64,000 bases of DNA from positions 71,593 through 135,592 of the forward strand of contig CAXHZO010000004.1 in NCBI GenBank assembly GCA_964022095.1, written 5' to 3'. The DNA comes from an uncultured Arcobacteraceae bacterium. GTDB lineage: Bacteria; Campylobacterota; Campylobacteria; Campylobacterales; Arcobacteraceae. The position numbers were made by a program, and so were the translations under genes. The notes beneath the pieces were generated by a model that was not told where the DNA came from, did no database searches, and saw nothing but the letters and a program-made list of their open reading frames with translations. Below are positions 9,632 through 18,978 of the stretch, piece after piece. Positions within the stretch are counted from its first letter, which is position 1. Each line of letters begins with the position of its first letter.

Positions 9632-11224
9632 ATGAAAGAAAACTGGCAACAACAATTACAAACACTATTAAACTGTGATCTAAAATCACTATATCCATTA
9701 GCTAGAGGTTTAAATAGAAAATTAGAGTTTTATGTAGGTCCTACAAATTCAGGAAAAACATATAACGCTATGGAAAAATTAAAACAGGCTAATACAGGGT
9801 TATATCTAGCACCACTTAGATTATTAGCACTTGAAGGCTATGAAGACTTAAAAGCAAACAACATTGAAGCATCTTTAATAACAGGTGAAGAACAAATGTT
9901 CAATGAAGATGCTGCACATGTTTGCTCAACAATTGAAATGATGGATTTTGATTTAGATGTTGATGTTGCAGTTATTGATGAAGTTCAAATGCTTGCAGAT
10001 CCTGATAGAGGATGGGCTTGGGTAAATGCGATTATTGGATGTCCAGCTAAAAAGATTATTATGACAGGAAGTGTAAATGCCCTTGATGCAGTTAAAAAAA
10101 TTGCAGAGTATTTAGATGAAGATCTAGAAATAGTAAAACATAAAAGAAAGAATGAACTGAAAGTTTTACCAAAATGGACATCATTAGATAAGCTAGAAAC
10201 AGGTACTGCTTTAATTGCATTTTCTAGAAAAGATGTTTTAGCTTTAAAACAAAGACTTCAAAAAAACTATTCAGTATCTGTTATTTATGGAAACTTGTCA
10301 CCTGAAGTTAGAAGGGATGAAGCAAGAAGATTTAGAGAAAAACAAAGTGATATTTTAATTGCAACCGATGCAATAGCAATGGGATTAAATCTTCCTATTA
10401 AAACAATTTTATTTACAACTGATACAAAATTTGATGGAATAAGTAGAAGAAAAATCACTGTTAATGAAATAGTTCAAATAGCTGGACGTGCTGGAAGATA
10501 TGGACACTTTGAAGCAGGTTATTTAGGTGCAACAAGAAGAGATGTTTTAGCTCATATAACAGAAGAGTTTGAAGCTCCAATAAAGACTATAAAACCACCG
10601 TTTAAAGTAAAAATAAATGCAAATCAATTAGAAAGTTTAGCAAGTCATATAAAAACAAACTCTTTAACAAAAGTATTGAAATTTTTTGCAGATAATATGT
10701 ACTTTAGTGGCCCATTTAGAGCTGCAAATATTTCATCAATGATTGAAGCTGCTAAAATAGTTGATACTAGACATAATTTAAAATTATCAGATAAGTATCT
10801 TTTAGCGCAAGCTCCAATTACAACAAAGTCAAATATCATTCTTCAAGCATATCAAGCATATATTGCAAGTGTGATTAAGAAAAAAGTTTGTCACTATAAG
10901 CCTTCAATTACACTTCCAAAAAAAGCAATCACTCAAAAAGATTTACTTTTAGTTGAAGATGAAGTAAAGAAAATATCTTTATATTTATGGATATCTTATA
11001 AGTTACCAGAGCTTTTTCCTGATCATGACAAAGCATATATTTTAAGAAATAGTTTTAATTCATTTATAGAAAAATCTTTAAAAGGTAATCTAATTAATGA
11101 AAAAAGTGATAAACCTTATTTTAAAAAAAGAGCTCAAGATGGTGATAAAGATAAATTTGATAAACCAAGAAGACGCTCAAGAGTGAATCCTCGAAATTCA
11201 AGAAGAAACAGTAGAGAAAAATAA
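9632..11224 (+). CDS. SUV3-like SF2 helicase
   Basis: GPTNSGKT, APLRLLA, IDEVQM..D.DRGWAW, ATDAIAMGLN and QIAGRAGR; Arg-rich C-terminal tail. Confidence 0.9.
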   Translation: MKENWQQQLQTLLNCDLKSLYPLARGLNRKLEFYVGPTNSGKTYNAMEKLKQANTGLYLAPLRLLALEGYEDLKANNIEASLITGEEQMFNEDAAHVCSTIEMMDFDLDVDVAVIDEVQMLADPDRGWAWVNAIIGCPAKKIIMTGSVNALDAVKKIAEYLDEDLEIVKHKRKNELKVLPKWTSLDKLETGTALIAFSRKDVLALKQRLQKNYSVSVIYGNLSPEVRRDEARRFREKQSDILIATDAIAMGLNLPIKTILFTTDTKFDGISRRKITVNEIVQIAGRAGRYGHFEAGYLGATRRDVLAHITEEFEAPIKTIKPPFKVKINANQLESLASHIKTNSLTKVLKFFADNMYFSGPFRAANISSMIEAAKIVDTRHNLKLSDKYLLAQAPITTKSNIILQAYQAYIASVIKKKVCHYKPSITLPKKAITQKDLLLVEDEVKKISLYLWISYKLPELFPDHDKAYILRNSFNSFIEKSLKGNLINEKSDKPYFKKRAQDGDKDKFDKPRRRSRVNPRNSRRNSREK

Positions 11225-11286
11225 ATTTAATTAAAATTTAGTTAAAATATATAACTTTTTATAACACTTTTAAAGGAAAATGCATC

Positions 11287-13218
11287 GTGTTCAGTTTTTT
11301 TAAAGCAAATGAAGAAAACTTTTATAATGAACTACTTAAAGACGAACTAGATGTAAATAAAATAAAAAAATTTATTCTAAAAGGTATTGATCTTAATAAA
11401 AAAGATGAAAAAGGAAGAACTATCCTTTTTTCTTTAGTGTCTAAAAGAAAAGTTGATTCTATTAGATATCTATTAAAATTTGATTTAGATTTAAATAGTG
11501 AAGATAATTATGGAAAAACAGTTTTAGATCACTGTATTGATAAATCTGATGGAATGATGATTCGCTTTTTACTTGAAAATGGAGCAAGTGTAAATAAGCT
11601 TAGTAGTTCAAATAGAACTCCTCTTCAAGATGCAGCCCTAAGTGGTAGTTATAAAATTTTTGAAATACTAATGAAGTATAATCCTGATTTCACTATTTAT
11701 GAAAACAATACTCAACATATTTTATTTGATGCAATAAAAGGTAAGAACCTAAATATTATAAAAGATGTTATCAATAATTTAAAGAACTTAAATGTATTAA
11801 ATGATGATAATCAAACAGTACTTTTTGAAGCAGTACTGCTTGAAAATAAAGAGATAGCTAAATCTTTAATTGCAAATGGAATAAATGTAAATTTCTTAGA
11901 TAAAAATGGGGAAAATGCTCTTTTTAATGCTGTTCTTCTAGGTAGTAAAAACTTTGAAATAATAGAGTTTTTAATAAAAAAAGAGATTAATATTAATCTT
12001 ATAAATAATTCAAATAAAAATATTTTAGATGAAATTTTATTTATTATAAATCTTTTATCTTCAAATAAAAAACTACAAGGTAAATATAAACTAGCCAATA
12101 GCGCTTATGATTATACAAAAATTGTTAAACTTCTAATTAAAAATGGATTAGAAATTGATCAAATTCATGATGAAAAAACAACTCTTCAAATAGCAATTGA
12201 AAATAAAGATTTAGCAAGTGCAAAATTTTTAATTGAGTGCGGAGCTGATATAAACCATACTGATTTAGATGGTAAAACTTTTTTAGCAAAAGAGATAGTA
12301 AAAGGTTATGATAACTATTTAATCGTTGATTTTTTAGTTGAAAGTGGCATTGATTTAGATCACAAAGATATTGATGAAAAAACTATTGTTGATGATTTAG
12401 TTGAGTATATTTGTGTTGAAAAAGGTTTTAAAGAAGCAAAAGGTTTTTATAAAGACAATCTTGTAGAAAATGGAAGATATGATATTTTATTAAAAAAAAT
12501 ATTATCATATAGACCAAATCTTGATGCGAAAAGACTTAATGGCAGAAATGTATTGTTTGACGTAGTTTTATATAATGATTATGAAACAATAAAACAGCTA
12601 GTTAATAGTGGAATAAATTTAAATCTTCAAGATAATGATGGAAATACAGCACTTCATTTTATGATAGAAAATGGCTTGAAAATTACGGATAAAAAGAAAA
12701 GAGAAGAGTTTATAGAAAGACTGATTTTCTTTTTAAAATTTAGGGTTAATGTAGATCTTCAAGATAATGAAGGAAGAACAGTTTTTCATAAATCTGTGAT
12801 TGCCGATGATTTGATAGTAACAGAAAAACTTCTTACAAAAAAAGCAAATTTATCATTAAAAGATAAACATGGCAGAACTGCACTTCACCATACCCAATGG
12901 AATGGAAATCATAAAATTGCAAGATGGTTAATAGCAGCAGGTGCTGATATGAATATTCCTGACAAGTCAGGGTTTACATTATTAAATTATGCAGCCATTT
13001 TTGGGCATATAAAACTTGTTATGACTCTTATTGCTTCTGGTGTTTTAATGTATAATAAAAATCCAAAAAATAAGAAAGTTGCTAAATTCTTTAAAGAAAA
13101 AGAACCAAATTTAGGTCTGTTATTAAAAAATAATATTAGTGATGATAAAATGCGAAAAGCATTAAAAGATGTAGTAGAAAACTTAAGAAATGAAATAAAT
13201 GAAGCTTTACAAGGATAA
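11287..13218 (+). CDS. Ankyrin-repeat protein
   Basis: Many D..G.T.L(H/F)...L..GA.VN repeats, e.g. DNDGNTALHF and DKHGRTALHH; GTG start with SD AAGGA. Confidence 0.9.
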   Translation: MFSFFKANEENFYNELLKDELDVNKIKKFILKGIDLNKKDEKGRTILFSLVSKRKVDSIRYLLKFDLDLNSEDNYGKTVLDHCIDKSDGMMIRFLLENGASVNKLSSSNRTPLQDAALSGSYKIFEILMKYNPDFTIYENNTQHILFDAIKGKNLNIIKDVINNLKNLNVLNDDNQTVLFEAVLLENKEIAKSLIANGINVNFLDKNGENALFNAVLLGSKNFEIIEFLIKKEININLINNSNKNILDEILFIINLLSSNKKLQGKYKLANSAYDYTKIVKLLIKNGLEIDQIHDEKTTLQIAIENKDLASAKFLIECGADINHTDLDGKTFLAKEIVKGYDNYLIVDFLVESGIDLDHKDIDEKTIVDDLVEYICVEKGFKEAKGFYKDNLVENGRYDILLKKILSYRPNLDAKRLNGRNVLFDVVLYNDYETIKQLVNSGINLNLQDNDGNTALHFMIENGLKITDKKKREEFIERLIFFLKFRVNVDLQDNEGRTVFHKSVIADDLIVTEKLLTKKANLSLKDKHGRTALHHTQWNGNHKIARWLIAAGADMNIPDKSGFTLLNYAAIFGHIKLVMTLIASGVLMYNKNPKNKKVAKFFKEKEPNLGLLLKNNISDDKMRKALKDVVENLRNEINEALQG

Positions 13219-13225
13219 ATAAAAA

Positions 13226-14521
13226 ATGAACAATAAATCAATAATAATTTTAGCAGCAGGTGCAGGTACAAGAATGAAATCAACTACACCAAAGGTTTTA
13301 CATAAAATCTCTGGTAAGCCAATGTTATACTATTCAATCAAAGAAGCATTAAGCTTAAGTGATGATGTAACAGTAGTTTTATATCATCAAGCCCAAAGAG
13401 TGCAAGAAGAGATGGAAAAATTCTTTACTGGAATTAATTATGTAATTCAAGATCATGCAAATTATCCAGGAACGGGTGGTGCTGTTATGGGAATAACTCC
13501 AAAGTATGAGCAAGTATTAGTATTAAATGGTGATATGCCTTTAATTCAAAGTGAAGAGTTAAAAAAGTTTGATTTAGATGCAACAATTGTAATGTCTGTA
13601 CTTGAGCTTGATAGTGCTGATGGATATGGAAGAGTAATTATTCAAGATGGTGAAGTTAAAAAAATTGTTGAACAAAAAGATGCAAATGAAGATGAATTAG
13701 CAGTTACTACAGCAAATGCTGGTATCTATCAGTTTGATACAAAGTTTTTATTAGAAAATTTACCAAAGCTTTCAAATGAAAATGCTCAAAAAGAGTATTA
13801 CATCACAGATTTAATTGAAATGGCTATAAATGAAGGAAAAGTATTAAAACCACTTGTGGTAAATGAAGAGAATTTCAAAGGAGTTAATTCAAAAGTTGAA
13901 TTAGCAGATGCAGAAGTGATTCACCAAAATAGAATAAAAAAAGAGTTCTTAAAAGCTGGTGTTATTATGAGATTACCTGATACTATTTATATTGAAGAGG
14001 GCGTTCAAATTGAAGGTGAAAGCATCTTAGAAAATGGAGTTACATTATTAGGGAATTCTAAAATAGTAAACTCTCATATTAAAACAAATACTGTAATTGA
14101 AGATGCAATTTTAATTGATAGTGATGCTGGACCAATGGCTAGAGTTAGACCAGGAAGTGAATTAAATGGAACTCACATTGGAAATTTTGTAGAAACAAAG
14201 AAAGCTAAATTAAATGGTGTAAAAGCAGGACATTTAACATATTTAGGTGATTGTGAAATTGATGAAGGAACTAATATTGGTTGTGGAACAATTACTTGTA
14301 ATTATGATGGAATTAATAAGTATAAAACAATTATTGGTAAAAATGTATTTGTAGGAAGTGATACTCAGTTTGTTGCTCCTGTAAATATTGAAGATGATGT
14401 ACTTATTGCAGCTGGCTCAACTGTAACAGGTGATGTTAAAAAAGGTGAACTTTATTTAACAAGAGCTAAGAAAAAATCTATTTCTGGATATTTTTATAAA
14501 CACTTTGAGAGTAAAAAATAA
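13226..14521 (+). CDS. glmU: Bifunctional GlmU
   Basis: LAAGAGTRMKS, GYGRV, GNFVETK, HLTYLGD and ITCNYDG; hexapeptide repeats. Confidence 0.97.
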   Translation: MNNKSIIILAAGAGTRMKSTTPKVLHKISGKPMLYYSIKEALSLSDDVTVVLYHQAQRVQEEMEKFFTGINYVIQDHANYPGTGGAVMGITPKYEQVLVLNGDMPLIQSEELKKFDLDATIVMSVLELDSADGYGRVIIQDGEVKKIVEQKDANEDELAVTTANAGIYQFDTKFLLENLPKLSNENAQKEYYITDLIEMAINEGKVLKPLVVNEENFKGVNSKVELADAEVIHQNRIKKEFLKAGVIMRLPDTIYIEEGVQIEGESILENGVTLLGNSKIVNSHIKTNTVIEDAILIDSDAGPMARVRPGSELNGTHIGNFVETKKAKLNGVKAGHLTYLGDCEIDEGTNIGCGTITCNYDGINKYKTIIGKNVFVGSDTQFVAPVNIEDDVLIAAGSTVTGDVKKGELYLTRAKKKSISGYFYKHFESKK

Positions 14522-15792
14522 TGCTATTAAAAGACAAAAAAATACTTGTAGGAGTAACTGGCTCTATTGCTATATACAAAGCATTAGAGTTAATTAGACT
14601 ATATATAAAAGCAGGGGCAAAAGTAAAAGTTATAATGACTCCTTCTGCTTGTAAATTTATAAGTCCAATTACCTTTGAAGCAATTTCTCAAAACAAAGTA
14701 TTAGTTGAAGATAATGAAAACTGGGATAAGTCTCAAGATTATAATCATATAGATATAGGAAAATGGTCAGATTTATTTGTACTTGCACCTGCAAGTGCTA
14801 ATACAATTAACTCCTTATCAAATGGACTTGGAACTAATCTTTTACTTCAAACTGCACTTGCATATCCAAGAATGAAATTAATAGCACCAGCAGCAAATAC
14901 AAACATGATTAAAAATCCAATAACGCAAGCAAGTTTAAAAATGCTAAAACTTTGTAATTATGAAATAATCTCAACTACATCAAAAGAGTTAGTTTGTAAA
15001 GATGTTGGTGATGGTGCAATGGCTGAAGTTGAAGATATTTTTGATGCTACTTGTAAAGAGCTTCTAAAAGAAGAGTATTGGATAAATAGAAAAGTTGTAT
15101 TAAGTGGTGGAGGAACTGTTGAAAAAATTGATGATGTTAGATATATCTCAAATTATTCATCAGGGAAAATGGCTTCAAGTTTAGCAAAAGCACTTTTTTA
15201 TAAAGGTGCAGATGTATGTTTAGTAAGTACAAGGGGTTATGAAAATTTACCAAAAGGAATTCATCTAATAAGAGTTCAAAGCTCAGTTGAAATGCATGAA
15301 TACTTAGTTGATTCAATAAGAGTTGCAAAAAAAGGTGTTTTAACAAAACCAACACTCATGGATGATTCAAAACCTGAACTTATTCAAAAAAGACCATATT
15401 TATTTATGGTTGCAGCCATTAGTGATTATGTTCCAAGTTTCCCCCAAGAAGGAAAATTGAAAAAAGATATGATTGGAGTATCTTGGTCTTTAGAGTTAAA
15501 ACAAAATATAGATATTTTAAACTCATTAGATAAAGATGATCTAATCTCAATTGGCTTTAAAGCAGAAATGGATGAAACAACAGCATTAAATAGTGCAACA
15601 TCAATGATTGAAAAGAAAAATCTTGATGGAGTTTGCTTAAATATTTTAAATGAAGATAATAGTTTTGGAAGTGATACAAATAATATTGAACTAATATTAA
15701 AAAACAGTTCTTATGAAATAAAAGGTGATAAATTAGATGTATCATTTTCTATTTTAAGAAATCTTCAAAAAGAGTTTGCTCAATATGTATAA
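14521..15792 (+). CDS. coaBC: Phosphopantothenoylcysteine decarboxylase/ligase CoaBC
   Basis: GVTGSIAIYK, APASANT, IDDVRYISNYSSGKM, AAISDY and GFKAE. Confidence 0.95.
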   Translation: MLLKDKKILVGVTGSIAIYKALELIRLYIKAGAKVKVIMTPSACKFISPITFEAISQNKVLVEDNENWDKSQDYNHIDIGKWSDLFVLAPASANTINSLSNGLGTNLLLQTALAYPRMKLIAPAANTNMIKNPITQASLKMLKLCNYEIISTTSKELVCKDVGDGAMAEVEDIFDATCKELLKEEYWINRKVVLSGGGTVEKIDDVRYISNYSSGKMASSLAKALFYKGADVCLVSTRGYENLPKGIHLIRVQSSVEMHEYLVDSIRVAKKGVLTKPTLMDDSKPELIQKRPYLFMVAAISDYVPSFPQEGKLKKDMIGVSWSLELKQNIDILNSLDKDDLISIGFKAEMDETTALNSATSMIEKKNLDGVCLNILNEDNSFGSDTNNIELILKNSSYEIKGDKLDVSFSILRNLQKEFAQYV

Positions 15793-16471
15793 TCAAAACG
15801 TGCCAACTCATATAGCCATGATTATGGATGGTAATGGAAGATGGGCAAAAGAAAAAGGTCTAAAAAGAACAGCTGGACATGAAAAAGGTGCTGAAGTTGT
15901 AAGAGACATTACAACATATTGTGCCAAAATAGGGGTTCAGTATCTTACGATGTATGCTTTTTCAACTGAAAATTGGAAAAGACCAAAGTTAGAAGTAGAA
16001 TATCTTATGAAGCTTTTAGATAGATATTTAAAAAATGAACTAAAAGTATATTTAGAAAATAATATAAAATTTAAAGCTATTGGTGATTTAGCAAGATTCT
16101 CTAAATCTTTACAAGAAAGAATAAAGATCACGGAAGAAAAAACTTCACAAAATAGTGGTTTAACTCAAGTTCTAGCACTAAATTATGGTTCAAAAGATGA
16201 AATAGTACGAGCTGTAAAAAAACTAAATGAACAAAATTTAGAGCCAACAGAACAGAACTTAGAATCTTGTTTAGATACAGCAGGAATTCCAGATGTTGAT
16301 ATTATGATTAGAACAAGTGGTGAGGTAAGACTTTCAAATTATCTTTTATGGCAAAACGCCTATGCTGAGATGTTTTTTACTCAGACTTATTGGCCTGATT
16401 TTAATTCTAATGAATTAGATGACATCATAAGTGATTTTAACTCAAGAGAGAGAAGATTTGGAGCTATTTAG
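15785..16471 (+). CDS. uppS: Undecaprenyl diphosphate synthase
   Basis: HIAMIMDGNGRWA, YAFSTENWKRP and IRTSGEVRLSNYLLWQ. ATG at 15785 overlapping the coaBC end is preferred over 15776. Confidence 0.95.
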   Translation: MYNQNVPTHIAMIMDGNGRWAKEKGLKRTAGHEKGAEVVRDITTYCAKIGVQYLTMYAFSTENWKRPKLEVEYLMKLLDRYLKNELKVYLENNIKFKAIGDLARFSKSLQERIKITEEKTSQNSGLTQVLALNYGSKDEIVRAVKKLNEQNLEPTEQNLESCLDTAGIPDVDIMIRTSGEVRLSNYLLWQNAYAEMFFTQTYWPDFNSNELDDIISDFNSRERRFGAI

Positions 16472-17228
16472 TTTTATTTTTGGAGCGGTGTTTGGTTCAT
16501 TTTTAAATGTATTAATAATAAGACTTCCTTCAAATAAATCTATAGTTACTCCAAGAAGTGCATGTCCTAAATGTAACTATCAAATACCTTGGTATCATAA
16601 TATTCCATTAATTTCATACATTGTTTTAAAAGCAAAGTGTTCAAATTGTAAAGAAAAAATATCTTTTCAATATTTTTTAGTTGAACTATTAAGTGCTTTA
16701 ATTACTCTTTTTTTATATTTAAAACTTGGGATTAGTGTACAGTTTTATTTTATGATACTATTATCATATGTACTAATAGTATTATCTTTTATAGATTTAA
16801 AATACAAAGCAGTTCCTGATTATTTACTTTTAATAACACTTATAGTCTCTTTTCTAGCTACAGATTATGGGATTTTAGATGCATTTAAATATGCTTTTTT
16901 ATTCTCAGGGGCATTGGTCCTTTTAAATTTTGTAATAACATTTTATATTCAAAATATTAAAGCGAAAATATTAAAAGATGATTCTTTGAAAGATCAAGAA
17001 GCATTAGGTGAAGGTGATATTCCTATTATTGCTAGTATTGCAGTTGTCTTAGGAATTGAAGGTGGCCTTATTGCTATATTTTTAGCAGCATTTTTTGCTA
17101 TAATACCATCAATTTATTCTAATTTTGTAAAAAAAGATATTCAAACACCCTTTATCCCTTATTTAGTATTAGGTTTTTTTGTTGAATACTTTTTTAAATT
17201 GGAAACATTTTTAAGGGTTTTATATTGA
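16458..17228 (+). CDS. Prepilin peptidase (A24)
   Basis: GSFLNVLIIRLP, CPKC and CSNC zinc motifs, FIDL and GEGD aspartates, PFIPYL. Probable TTG start at 16458. Confidence 0.88.
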   Translation: MELFSFIFGAVFGSFLNVLIIRLPSNKSIVTPRSACPKCNYQIPWYHNIPLISYIVLKAKCSNCKEKISFQYFLVELLSALITLFLYLKLGISVQFYFMILLSYVLIVLSFIDLKYKAVPDYLLLITLIVSFLATDYGILDAFKYAFLFSGALVLLNFVITFYIQNIKAKILKDDSLKDQEALGEGDIPIIASIAVVLGIEGGLIAIFLAAFFAIIPSIYSNFVKKDIQTPFIPYLVLGFFVEYFFKLETFLRVLY

Positions 17229-18241
17229 AATTAAAACAGTATTTATATTCACAATTAGCAATTACATTTTTCCCTATTTTTTTAGGACTATATTTTATAA
17301 CATCAATTGTATTTTTAGTAAAAATAGCTTCACTTACATCAATTATTACAATAAACTTTTTTGAACTATTTACTCTTTATTCGTATGTTGTTCCCCAAAT
17401 TATATTTTACACTATGCCAATATCTTTTTTTATATCACTAGTATTAACTTTAGCAAAATTAGCTAGTGAATATGAACTTACAGTAATTACCTCTTTTGGA
17501 TTAAATCCTATAAAGATTTTAAAGATATTTCTTCCTATAACTTTACTTTTAAGTATAGCGTTACTTGTTGTATCTGTTGGATTAATTCCTAAAACAAAAT
17601 TTTTGACAAAACAGTTTTTAGATATAAAGAAAAAAGAAGCAAATTTTAATATAAAAGCAAGTGAATTTGGACAAAAATTTGGTGATTGGTTGATTTATAT
17701 TAATAATGAAAAAGATAGAACATATAATGATGTAAAGCTATTTAAAACACAAGATAATAAAGATCAGTTTATTTTATCTAAAAGTGCGGTTTTAAATAAT
17801 GATAAAGGGGATCTAAGCTTTAAATTAAAAGATGGTAAAGCATTTTTTATAGATGAAAAAGAGTTAAATCAAGTAAATTTTGAATCAATGCATATCAATG
17901 ATTCAATTGCTGATTCAAAGCTTGGAGTATTTACAAATACATATGACTTTTGGGAAACTCAAATAAAAAAAGGTTCAGACATTGATGATTTAACTTTTTT
18001 TATTCTAACATCTGTTTTTCCTTTAATCTCTTTATTTTTAGTAATTACCTTTGGATACTTCAATCCAAGATATGAAAAAAATAGAGCAGTTGCTTACTCT
18101 TTAGTTGCAGTTGTTTTTTACTATATTTTAGTCAAGTCAATTTCTGATAAGATTTTTTTACATGCTTTATATACAATTCCAACTATTTGGATTGTTTGCA
18201 CTTATATTTTATATACTAGAACTATTAAAAAAGAGTACTAA
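17225..18241 (+). CDS. LptF/LptG family LPS export permease
   Basis: Three TM segments, a periplasmic domain, then three TM; KLASEYELTVITSFG motif; conserved position before truA. Confidence 0.8.
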   Translation: MKLKQYLYSQLAITFFPIFLGLYFITSIVFLVKIASLTSIITINFFELFTLYSYVVPQIIFYTMPISFFISLVLTLAKLASEYELTVITSFGLNPIKILKIFLPITLLLSIALLVVSVGLIPKTKFLTKQFLDIKKKEANFNIKASEFGQKFGDWLIYINNEKDRTYNDVKLFKTQDNKDQFILSKSAVLNNDKGDLSFKLKDGKAFFIDEKELNQVNFESMHINDSIADSKLGVFTNTYDFWETQIKKGSDIDDLTFFILTSVFPLISLFLVITFGYFNPRYEKNRAVAYSLVAVVFYYILVKSISDKIFLHALYTIPTIWIVCTYILYTRTIKKEY

Positions 18242-18246
18242 AATCT

Positions 18247-18969
18247 ATGAATTTAAAATTCACAATTAGTTATGATGGAAGTGATTTTCAAGGAAGTCAA
18301 AGACAACCAGAGGGAAATACAGTTGAAAATGAGTTTTTAAGAGTTTTTAAAAGATTAAATATTGATACAAAAATCATTTTAAGTGGAAGAACTGATAAAG
18401 ATGTTCATGCGACAGGACAAGTTTTTAATTGTCAGATTCCAGAATACTTTAATGACTTAAAAAAGTTAAAAGAGATTTTAAATCATCATTTAGTAGCTTC
18501 AGTAAAAGTTCGTCATATAAAAAAAGTTGAAGATGATTTTCACTCAAGGTTTCATGCTAAAAAAAGAGTATATAGATATTTATTATCAACAAAGCCAACA
18601 ACACCTTTTATTGATAAATATATTACATATACACCAAATGTAAATGAACAGCTAATAAAACAAGCAATAAAAGAGTTCATAGGTGAGTTTGATTTTAAAT
18701 ATTTCCATAAAACAGGAAGTGACAAAGATCAAACCATAAGAAGAATATATGATGCATCTTTTTATAAGTATAAAGGAATATATGTAATTCAATTTACTGC
18801 AAACTCTTATTTACGTTCACAAATAAGGCTTATGGTAGGTTTTTTACTTAATATATCTAATGGTAAACTAACAATTGAAGATTTAAAAAAACAATTAAGG
18901 TTGCAAAAACATATTTTTAAGATTCCTGCTAAAGCAAATGGTTTATATCTAGCAAAAATTACATATTAA
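18247..18969 (+). CDS. truA: tRNA pseudouridine(38-40) synthase
   Basis: YDGSDFQGSQ, SGRTDKDVHA, FHSRFHA and YLRSQIRLMVG. Confidence 0.95.
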   Translation: MNLKFTISYDGSDFQGSQRQPEGNTVENEFLRVFKRLNIDTKIILSGRTDKDVHATGQVFNCQIPEYFNDLKKLKEILNHHLVASVKVRHIKKVEDDFHSRFHAKKRVYRYLLSTKPTTPFIDKYITYTPNVNEQLIKQAIKEFIGEFDFKYFHKTGSDKDQTIRRIYDASFYKYKGIYVIQFTANSYLRSQIRLMVGFLLNISNGKLTIEDLKKQLRLQKHIFKIPAKANGLYLAKITY

Positions 18970-18978
18970 AGGTAAATA

